64,000 bases of DNA from Mustelus asterias (lineage: Eukaryota): the NCBI RefSeq assembly GCF_964213995.1, contig NC_135804.1:95542001-95606000 (forward strand), given 5' to 3'. The position numbers and the translations under genes were made by a program. This document shows positions 47,409 to 57,409 of the stretch, one piece after another. Position 1 is the stretch's first letter. The number at the start of each line of letters is the position of its first letter. The notes under the pieces are model-generated. The model did not search any database and had not been told where the DNA came from. It was given only the letters and a program-made list of their open reading frames with translations.

Positions 47409-47702
47409 CTATCCTTGCTATCTTTCTTAAATAACGGGACCACATTTGCTATCCTCCAATCCTCTGGGACCTCACCTGTGTCCAGTGAAGAGACAAAGAT
47501 TTCTGTTAGAGGCCCAGCAATTGCATCTCTCGCCTCCCTGAGGAGTCTAGGATAGATGCCATCCGGCCCTGGGGATTTGTCTGTCTTAATGTTTCCTAAA
47601 AAACCTAACACTTCCTCCCTTGTAATTGAGATTTTTTCTAACGGGTCAACACATCTCTCTGAGACAATACCAGTCAACATGTCCCTCTCCTTTGTGAATA
47701 CT
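47409..47702 (-). mobile_element. CR1 LINE, 5' continuation beyond the Gypsy insertion
   Basis: DKSPGPDGIYPRLLREA..GEVPEDWRIANVVPLFKK, contiguous with 42652 across the TSD. Confidence 0.9.
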
Positions 47703-47742
47703 AATGCAAAAATGGCCTAATGCTCCTATATCTTATGATTAT

Positions 47743-48163
47743 GATCTGAGCAGGTGTGCCCCAGTCAGGATAAGAAATTAGTTGAAAAGTGACTTTTAGC
47801 AAAATAAACCACCAAATCCGGAAAGGCAGAACAGATAGGTAGCAGATGTACTCTAGACCGGATAAGAAATGGTACCAAAGCACAAGATCAGGGTGAGAAT
47901 GGAGGTCTCTATTTGTGTGAACAATGCCGAATGCACATACACACAGGAAACAAGGTTCTAGAGTCGAAGACAAGTTTTGTACGTGACTGTAAGTGACAAA
48001 ATTAGAAGTGGATCATGATATGTGTACATGACTAATTGTATATAAAAATGTGACTTCATTGTAACCAGATTGCCCAAGACTGTCTCTCCTTTTGTACATT
48101 GAAATAAAGCTTTGAAACCTGTTCAGGAATCTCTTCTGGTGATGACCGAATTATCCCATAACA
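47743..48163 (+). repeat. Possible solo LTR of another family
   Basis: TATATAAAA (~48039), then AATAAA (~48103), ending CCCATAACA; left boundary and TSD unclear. Confidence 0.35.
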
Positions 48164-48599
48164 ACAACTATTCACAGTTTCAGTGAAGCCATTGAGTGGA
48201 TTGTTAATCTCAACATCAAATTATAAATTATTCCCATGCCATATAAAAAAAAACAATGGTCAAAACTTTCCAGTTGTGCATGCTGGTGGAATCTTCTGGT
48301 CCCACCGACGGTGCACCCCGGCCACAGATTTCCCAGCGGCAAGGGCTGCATTCAACAGGAAGCCCCTTTGACAACGGCAGAACCAGAAGTTCCCACTGCC
48401 GGTCAATGGCGGGCCGTCTTCGGCGCTGCGAAACACATGGCAGGTTGCACGGTAAATCCTGTCAACTATCTCCGTGTCAATGTAATGTCCAGGTTGTGCC
48501 AGGTCACAGACAAAATATACCAAATAAGTGGCAGACAAACATACTTCTGATACAGAATTTACATGAGAATTTTTCACATATTACCCAAAAGCTAGGTAG

Positions 48600-49370
48600 G
48601 CTGTATTGCATGATTTCTTTTATTTAATTTATCTGAGAAGATTCCTAAGTGTGAAATGATTCGTTCTGGTAGAATGAATGATAAAAGGCAGTGGAAACAA
48701 AATGGTACAATTTTAAAAGTGGTTGGGAAACAGAGAGACCCTGGGCTGTATATGTCTTGAAGATGGCAGGAAAAAATTGGAATGTTGTTTAAGAGGCATA
48801 CAGGATCCATGGCTTTATAAGTAAAAGGCATAAATGCATAAACAAGGAAATCATATTAAGCCTTAATTTAAGAAACTGATTAGATCCAGATGGAGTCCTG
48901 TGGCCAATTATAATTACCTCACTTAAGATGAACGTTAAGAAGCTGCAGGGGAGATTTAACGGAAAGCTACCAGGAATGAAATATTCCAGTTACATGGAGA
49001 GTCTAGAAAAATTGCAGTTGCTTTCCTTAGATTAGTGAAGGTTAAGGGGAGTATTAATAGAGATGTTCAAAATCTTGAACGGTTTTGGGAAAGTAAATGA
49101 AACTATTTTCAGTGGCGGAAGGGTTAATAACCAGTTGACACAGATTTAAGATAATATGAAAAAAATAGAGGCAATGTGGGTTTTTTTTAATGTAGCAAGT
49201 TATGATCTGGAATGCACTGCTTGAAAGGCTGGTAGAAGCAGATCACTAATAATTGTCACAGGAGAATTGAAAGGGAAAAAAATTGCAGGGCTGTGGGTTA
49301 AGAACAGTGAAGTACCCGCACGGGCCTGGTGAGCCGAAAGGCCTCCTTCTACACAGTATTATTTTATGAA
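48600..49370 (+). mobile_element. Old degenerate CR1 LINE 3' part
   Basis: Eroded KCEMI.., RLRGVLIEMFKIL and WNAL motifs plus a CR1-type tail GCCGAAAGGCCTCCTTCT. Confidence 0.7.
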
Positions 49371-50942
49371 ATTGCAAAATCTGAGGAGCCTCGAATTTTG
49401 GTTTTGGACTTCATTGCAATCAAGTTGATGCTGTAGGGGGGAAGAGAGCAGATGTGCTTCAACTTTGTGCCATTGATAGTGAGATTTGACAATCTTGTGA
49501 GAATCTCAACCAGTTTATCAAAGCATCAATCTCAGCAGGAGTACAAATGTAAGGAGATGGCAGTGCTTTGCAGTGGGGAAAGCCCAATTGCATTGACTTT
49601 TAACAGCAAATGCTGACAAGTGACAGCACAATCAAAATTCTGATTTTTGAATGGATACTTGTTCACGTGCTCTTGTTTTCTGTCTAAATCCTGATCTTAC
49701 AAGTGTCATCAATCCAATAGCAGCAGATTCCCTTTGAAATGAGAACAAAGCTTCTTGTCAGGAATACTGGTGAGAAAACGAAAAAGACTTGAACTCAAAT
49801 CTCAAACACACTTCATAGATATTAACTACTGTAAAGTGTAGCTGACTTTTAAAAATTAATTTATAAGATTTGGGCATCGTTGGCTGGACCTGCATTCATT
49901 GCCCATCCCTAGTTGCCCTTGAGAAGGTGGTGGTGAGCTGCCTTCCGGAACCGCAGCAGACAGTTATGCAGGCAAATACAGTCGTCATTTTTACAAAAGA
50001 CACAATCAGAAATTAGTTACTTTGCATTTGGTATTGTTGATCTCGGGGATTTGGAGGATTCCACTCTTTTCCAAATAATGCAATAGAACCTTTAATGTCC
50101 ACTTGAACAAGAGTGTAGCACTGTCTTACTACTGCAATTGAGTGTCATCCTGGATTATGTACTCAGGGTCTGGTGTCGGATTTGAACTCATAATCTTTTG
50201 ACTCAGAGATAGAAGTACAACAACCGACTCAAGGTGAGTACAAGCTACATACCTGACAATTGTTGCAGCACTTAGTTTTCAGATGATTGCATGTGAATTT
50301 CCTCTCCAATACCTCCATTTTTCTTGCAACCAAGGATGAGGTTCCTTATTTAAAATTTAGTTCACTATTTCCGTTCTCTATAAAGTCAAATTATTGTCTG
50401 CAGACAGTTTCAAAAATACTACACTAAGCTCATTTAATCAGAGACACAAAATAGGCACAAGTGGAAGGAAAATAACTTCCTCCTATAATTTCTTCAAATA
50501 TCAATTTAATAAGCAGTGAACTATCTCTTCAATGCACTTAACCGAGGCAAACATTGAGCTCCACTACCCTATGCATTATTTAAGATTATATTTTTTGTTC
50601 AGAATTCTGCTTGCAATAGGTTTTGAGCATTTGATTAAGACGTCTCATGGTCAGAATGGTCTCCTGAAACCCTGATTGCTTTCAGGAGTATCACAGAATT
50701 CAATCATACAATTTTATAACACATCTTACCTGTGCTTACACATTGAAAGAACTATCCAATTAGACCCACTTCTGCTCTTCCCCACAGCCCTGCAATTTTC
50801 TTCCCTTCAAGTGTTTATCCAATTTGCAATTGAAAGTTACTTGTGAAACTGCTTCCCCCACCCTTTCAGGCACTGTTTTTCCAATCATAATTATTCAATG
50901 CATAAAAACATTTTTCCTCATTCACCTCAATCAAGGTGACTG

Positions 50943-50979
50943 TCACCTGATGAAGGAGCAGTGCTCCGAAAGCTCGTGA
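50943..50979 (+). ncRNA. Minimal hammerhead ribozyme in a Penelope terminal remnant (50934-51029)
   Basis: UCAC-CUGAUGA-A-GGAGC(AGU)GCUCC-GAAA-GC-UC-GUGA: perfect stems I and II, predicted cleavage after C50975, followed by AATAAA. Confidence 0.75.
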
Positions 50980-51805
50980 TACCAAATAAACCTGTTGGAC
51001 TTTAACCTGGTGTTGTGAGACTTCTTACTTTACTCTATAACTACAATATTGTCAATACACTTACATTTAAATTGATCTGCTTAAAACGCCAACAGGTATC
51101 AATCAATCCCTTGGTACATTTCATCACATTAGTGTTGCCAACTGTGAGTAAATGCTTACTGGAAGTTCCATCACCATGTCTTACCCGCCCCCTGCCCCCC
51201 CCCCCCCCCCACCCCCCCCACCTCCACTCGCTTGCCACTAGTAAACAACACATCCATTCCTGTGATGCTTCCATGCAATTGGAAAGCAAAAAGACTCATT
51301 ACCCAAGTGGATGATGCTTGACTGTTAGCCAAACAGCCTTTCTTCCCATTTTCAATATCTTTATATCTGGTGGATAAATGTTCAAAGAAAATGACAAAAA
51401 AAACTTTTTAAATGACCCAATGATTTTTCTACAAAGTTGTGCACAGCAGTATCCTGGAGATTGACCTTCAAATCTTAGAGACTCCAGACCAGTCTTGGAG
51501 GGTTGGTAATCCTGGATCACATTCATCCAGGATACCAAAGTAAGTCAATATGGTTATATCCTCAACAAGCACCAAAGGATTAGCTAGCTGAAGATGGGTG
51601 TAAGGAGTCTTTTGAGGAGTATAAACAGAGGCACCGACCAACCCACTGGCCTGCTTCTGTGAAGTAGATGCTATGTAATTCCATATAACCAAGGATTTGA
51701 CATTTTTGATAGCATTTTACCAGATTCACCTGAGAAAGGGCCCTACCCCCAGACCTTTTTGTGCGTCCAAGGGAAAAATTTTACAATTACCCAGCCCAGC
51801 CCAAC

Positions 51806-52950
51806 ATTAGGGAGGTTAGTTAGGAAGGTTCAGTCGCTGGGTATACATGGGGAGGTAGTAAATTGGATTAGACACTGGCTCAATGGAAGAAGCCAGAGAG
51901 TGGTTGTGGAGGATTGCTTCTCTGAGTGGAGGCCTGTGACTAGTGGTGTGCCGCAGGGATCGGTGTTGGGTCCATTGTTGTTTGTCATCTACATCAATGA
52001 TCTGGATGATAATGTGGTAAATTGGATCAGCAAGTTTGCTGATGATACAAAGATTGGAGGTGTAGTGGACAGTGAGGAAGGTTTTCAAAGCTTGCAGAGG
52101 GATTTGGACCAACTAGAAAAATGGGCTGAAAAATGGCAAATGGAATTTAACGCAGACAAGTGTGAGATATTGCACTTTGGAAGGACAAACCAAAGTAGAA
52201 CGTACAGGGTAAATGGTAGGACTCTGAAGAGTGCAGTTGAACAGAGGGATCTGGGAATACAGGTACAGAATTCCCTAAAAGTGACGTCACAGGGTCGTAA
52301 AGAGTGCCTTTGGTACATTGGCCTTTATAAATCGGAGTATCGAGTATAAAAATTGGAGTGTTATGGTAAGGTTATATAAGGCATTGGTGAGGCCAAATTT
52401 GGAGTATTGTGTACAGTTTTGGTCACCTAGTTACAGGAAGGATGTAAATAAGGTTGAAAGAGTGCAGAGAAGGTTCACAAGGATGTTGCCAGGACTTGAG
52501 AAGCTGAGTTACAGAGAGAGATTGAATAGGTTGGGACTTTATTCCCTGGAGCGTAGAAGATTGAGGGGAGATTTGATAGAGGTGTATAAGATTTTGATGG
52601 GTATAGATAGAGTGAATGCAAGCAGGCTTTTTCCGCTGAGGCGAGGGGAGAAAAAAACCAGAGGGCATGGGTTAAGGGTGAAAGGAGAAAAGTTTAAAGG
52701 GAATATTAGGGGGGGCTTCTTCACGCAGAGAGTGGTGGGAGTGTGGAATGAGCTGCCGGATAAAGTGGTAAATGCGGGGTCACTTTTAACATTTAAGAAA
52801 AACTTGGACGGGTTCATGGATGAGAGGGGTGTGGAGGGATATGGTCCAAGTGCAGGTCAGTGGGACTAGGCAAAAAATGGTTTGGCACAGACAAGAAGGG
52901 CCAGAAGGCCTGTTTCTGAACTGTAATTTTCTATGGTTCTATGGTTCTAT
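51806..52950 (+). mobile_element. 5'-truncated CR1 LINE
   Basis: [34 protein letters not shown]; (GGTTCTAT)n tail; one frameshift near 52290. Confidence 0.93.
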
Positions 52951-52976
52951 TACAGGGATGTGAATTTCAAATTAGG

Positions 52977-53153
52977 CTGGCATGCTGGCACAGTGGTTAG
53001 CACAGCTGCCTTGCAGCACCAGGACTTGTGTTCAATTCCAGTCTCAGGTCACTGTCTGTGTGGAATTTGCACATTCTCCCCGTGTCTGCATGGGTTTCCT
53101 CCAGGTGCTCAGGTTTCCTCCCACAGTCCAAAGATGTGCAGGTTAGGTTGATT
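52977..53153 (+). mobile_element. HE1/V-SINE 5' part
   Basis: SINE head and V-domain, truncated by the tail of the adjacent minus-strand CR1. Confidence 0.8.
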
Positions 53154-53154
53154 G

Positions 53155-54738
53155 AACGTAAGAACATAAGAAATAGGAGCAGGAGTAGGCCATCTAGCCC
53201 CTCGAGCCTGCCCCGCCATTCAATAAAATCATGGCTGATCTGAAGTGGATCAGTTCCACTTACCCACCTGATCCCTATAACCCCTAATTCCCTTACCGAT
53301 CAGGAATCCATCTATCCGTGATTTAAACATATTCAACGAGGTAGCCTCCACCACTTCAGTGGGCAGAGAATTCCAGAGATTCACCACCCTCTGAGAGAAG
53401 AAGTTTCTCCTCAACTCTGTCCTAAACCGACCCCCCTTTATTTTGAGGCTGTGCCCTCTAGTTCTAGTTTCCTTTCTAAGTGGAAAGAATCTCTCCACCT
53501 CTACCCTATCCAGCCCCTTCATTATCTTATAGGCCTTTATAAGATCCCCCCTCAGCCTTCTAGATTCCAACAAATACAAACCCAATCTGCTCAGTCTCTC
53601 CTCATAATCAACACCCCTCATCTCCGGTATCAACCTGGTGAACCTTCTCTGCACTCCCTCCAAGGCCAATATATCCTTCCGCAAATGAGGGGACCAATAC
53701 TGCACACAGTATTCCAGCTGCGGCCTCACCAATGCCCTGTACAGATGCAGCAAGACATCTCTGCTTTTATATTCTATCCCCCTTGCGATATAGGCCAACA
53801 TCCCATTTGCCTTCTTGATCACCTGTTGCACCTGCAGACTGGGTTTTTGCGTCTCATGCACAAGGACCCCCAAGTCCCTCTGCACAGCAGCATGTTGTAA
53901 TTTCTTTCCATTTAGATAATAATCCAATTTGCTATTATTTCTTCCAAAGTGAATAACCTTGCATTTGTCAACGTTATACTCCATCTGCCAGATCCTCGCC
54001 CACTCACTCAGCCTGTCCAAATCTCTCTGCAGACCTTCTACGCCCTCCACACGATTCACTTTTCCACTTATCTTTGTGTCGTCTGCAAACTTTGTTACCC
54101 TACACTCAGTCCCCTCCTCCAGATCGTCTATATAAATGGTAAATAGTTGAGGTCCCAGTACCGATCCCTGCGGCACGCCACTAGTTACCATCTGCCAACC
54201 AGAAAAGCACCCATTTATTCCGACTCTCTGCTTCCTGTCGGATAGCCAATCCCCAATCCACGCTAACACCCTACCCCCAACTCCGTGTGACCCAATCTTC
54301 TTCAGCAACCTTTTGTGAGGCACCTTATCAAACACCTTTTGGAAATCCAAAAGCACCGCATCCACCGGTTCCCCTCCGTCATCCGCACTAGTCACATCTT
54401 CATAAAAATCCAACAAGTTCATCAAGCACGACATTCCCCTCATGAATCCATGCTGCGTCTGCTTAATCAAACCATTCTTATCCAGATAGCCTGCTATTTC
54501 TTCTTTAATGATTGATTCCAGCATTTTCCCAACTACAGACGTTAAGCTAACCGGCCTGTAGTTACCTGCCTTTTGTCTATTTCCTTTTTTAAACAGCGGC
54601 GTAACATTAGCCGTTTTCCAATCCGCCGGCACTACCCCAGAATCCAACGAATTTTGATAAATAACCACTAACGCATCCGCTATTACCTCTGACATTTCTT
54701 TCAGTACCCTGGGATGCATTCCATCCGGGCCCGGGGAT
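53155..54738 (-). mobile_element. 5'-truncated young CR1 LINE with an uninterrupted 489 aa RT frame
   Basis: ORF 53250-54719: NYRPVSLTS, QHGF, DFQKVFDKVPH, GVPQGSVLGP, KFADD, through to the native stop; (GTTCTTAT)n tail. Confidence 0.95.
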
Positions 54739-54860
54739 TGGCCATGCTAAATGTAAAACCACCTCCCATCCATTGACTCCATCTATATTTCCCGCTGCCT
54801 TGTAAAAGCAGCCAGCATAACCAAGAACCCAATGTACCCTGATATACTCTCTTCCACTTC

Positions 54861-55162
54861 ACAGAAATCATACAGTGCAGAAGGAGGCCATTCGGCCCAT
54901 CGAGTCTGCACCGACCACAATCCCACCCAGGCCCTACCCCCACATATTTACCCGCTAATCCCTCTAACATACACATCCCAGGACTCTAAGGGGCAATTTT
55001 TAACCTGGCCAATCAACCTAACCCGCACATCTTTGGACTGTGGGAGGAAACCGGAGCACCCGGAGGAAACCCACACAGACAGTGACCCGAGCCGGGAATC
55101 GAACCCGGGACCCTGGAGCTGTGAAGCAGCAGTGCTAACCACTGTGCTACCGTGCCGCCCGG
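54861..55162 (-). mobile_element. HE1/V-SINE
   Basis: Reverse complement of the 34215 copy with a small internal deletion; inserted into a Rex1-like fragment. Confidence 0.88.
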
Positions 55163-55443
55163 GAAAAGATACAAAAGTCTGTTTCCTCCTGTTTCATGCC
55201 ATAGTCAAAATATGAGCAGGCTAGGTCAATTGGCCATGCTAAATTGCCCCTTAGTTGCACTGTAGAAAGCATCCTTTCTGGATGTATCACAGCTTGGTAT
55301 GGCTTCTGCTCTGACCAAGACCGCAGGAAATTACAAAATGTTGTGAATTTAGCCCAGTCCTTCACGCAAACCAGCCTCCCATCCATTGACTCTGTCTACA
55401 CTTCCCACGACCTTGGTAAAGCAACCAGCAGGATACTCGCAGG

Positions 55444-55762
55444 GTAGAATCATTGAAGTGCAGAAGGAGGCTATTTGGCCCATTGAGCCTGCGCCGACAA
55501 CAATCCCACCCAAGCCCTATCCCCGTACCACTCATATTTACCCTGCTAGTTCCCCTGACACTAAGGGGAAATTTAGCATGGCCAATCAATCTAGCTCGCA
55601 AATCTTTGGACTGTGGGAGGAAACCGGAGCACCCGGAGGAAACCCATTCAGACATGGGGAGAACATGCAAACTCCATGTAGACAGTCACCTGAGGCAGGA
55701 ATTGAACCTGCATCCCTGGAGCTGTGAGGCAGCAGAGATAACCACTGTGCCACCATGCTGTC
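55444..55762 (-). mobile_element. HE1/V-SINE
   Basis: Head, V-domain and tail on the minus strand. Confidence 0.85.
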
Positions 55763-55769
55763 CTTAAAG

Positions 55770-55966
55770 GACATGAGTGAACTAGATGGGTTTTTATCAC
55801 AATCGACAATGGTTTCACGGTCATCAGTAGATTCTTAATTCCAGATTTTTACTGAATTCAAATTTCACCATTTGCCTTGGTGGGATTCGAGCCCAGGTCC
55901 CCAGAGCATTACGTTGGGTCTCTGGATTCTAGTCTAGTGACAATACCACTAAACCACTACCTCCCC
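55770..55966 (-). mobile_element. tRNA-derived SINE 5' part (family of 3470-3626)
   Basis: Minus strand GGGGAGGTAGTGGTTTAGTGGTATTGTCACTAGACTAG..GGGCTCGAATCCCACC. Confidence 0.6.
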
Positions 55967-56089
55967 CAAATACCACCCGGCCCTATCCCCTAAATCCCAG
56001 GTGCGATTGTGGTCGACACAGGCTCAAAGGGCTAGATGGCCTCCTGCACTGTGGAGATTCTATGTCTCTAATATGGTGACACCTTCAAT

Positions 56090-56598
56090 GTTGCGTACAG
56101 TTCTGGTCACTGCATTATAGGATGTGGAAGCATTGGAAAGGGTGCAGAGGAGATTTACCAGGATGTTGCCTGGTATGGCGGGAAGGTCTTATGAGGAAAG
56201 GCTGATGGACTTGAGGCTGTTTTCATTAGAGAGAAGAAGGTTAAGAGCTGTCTTAATAGAGGCATATAAGATGATCAGAGGATTAGATAGGGTGGACAGT
56301 GAGAGCCTTTTTCCTCGGATGGTGATGGCCAGCACGAGGGGACATAGCTTTAAATTGAGGGGTGATAGATATCGGACAGATGTCAGAGGTGGGTTCTTTA
56401 CTCAGAGAGTAGTAAGGGCGTGGAATGCCCTGCCTGCAACAGTAGTGGACTCGCCAACATTAAGGGCATTTAAATGGTCATTGGATAAACATATGGATGA
56501 TATTGGAATAGGGTAGGTGAGATGGGCTTTAGATTGGTTTCACAGGTCGGCGCAACATCGAGGGCCGAATGGCCTGTACTGCGCTGTAATGTTCTATG
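56090..56598 (+). mobile_element. CR1 LINE 3' end
   Basis: [30 protein letters not shown]; GTTCTAT tail. Confidence 0.9.
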
Positions 56599-56740
56599 TT
56601 GTCATATGTTGGGAGCAAGCTTTATGAATCATGTATGAGGTGAAACAGTGGTCAGTGTTTCCAAAAGTGCGAATGGTACTTGAGCAGCACCTCTGACTGA
56701 CAAGGCCTGGAGGGTGGGAATTTTGAGGGCAAGAGAGAGG

Positions 56741-56813
56741 CCCCGCCCACAGTGACGTCAGAGGACTTGACGCCTCCCGGCATGCAATGGGGCGCCGGAA
56801 GTGCCGCCATTTT
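56741..56813 (+). promoter_or_regulatory. CUL4B: CUL4B core promoter
   Basis: GC box CCCCGCCC at 56741, full CRE TGACGTCA 56753-56760, ETS CCGGAAGT 56795-56802 abutting YY1 GCCGCCATTTT 56803-56813; start of a CpG-rich island. Confidence 0.8.
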
Positions 56814-57009
56814 ACTCTATTGACAAAACAAGTGACCGAAATTTTGCGGAGGGTTTTGAAGTCGGTTCTAATTTTGTTTTTTTCCCCCATCCCCCCTCCC
56901 CAATTTCTTTTTCATTTTTGTTCGAGACCAGGGTGCGTGTGCGCGCGCGAATGTGTGTGTTTTTGTTTAAAAAACAACAACAATAGGACGGCGTCGGCTT
57001 TAAGTTTTC

Positions 57010-57409
57010 ATGTTTCGAACGGGCCTCTCTTCACAAAATTCACCGCAGGAGGTGCGACAACAGGCTGATGTTAGTCCGAGGAAGCGAAAGTTAGCCGAGG
57101 CCGGCGAGTTCGAGCACCAGCACCAGACACCTCAGCAAGCCCAGCTCTTCCCCTCCGCCGCCCCCAAGTCTTCCTCCACCTCCTCCTCGTCGTCGTCCTC
57201 CACCTGCTGCAACCACCAGCCTCAGAAGAGAGTCAAGTTCGAGGACTCGCTGGACTTTGTTGGACTCGATGTGATGATGGCGGAGGAGCAGAGGAAAAAC
57301 AGCGGCTGCTCCGTGCTCACGGGGCATGCCAACGGCCTGACCAAGTCGACCACCTTCGCCAACAGCAAGCCGGGAACGGCTAAAAAATTAGTTATTAAAA
57401 ATTTCAAAG
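57010..57409 (+). CDS. CUL4B: Cullin-4B first coding exon (gene continues beyond the window)
   Basis: MFRTG..QEVR..RKRKL..poly-Ser..[44 protein letters not shown] matches the human CUL4B N-terminus; donor AAAG|gtacag at 57410; synteny with MCTS1. Confidence 0.93.
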
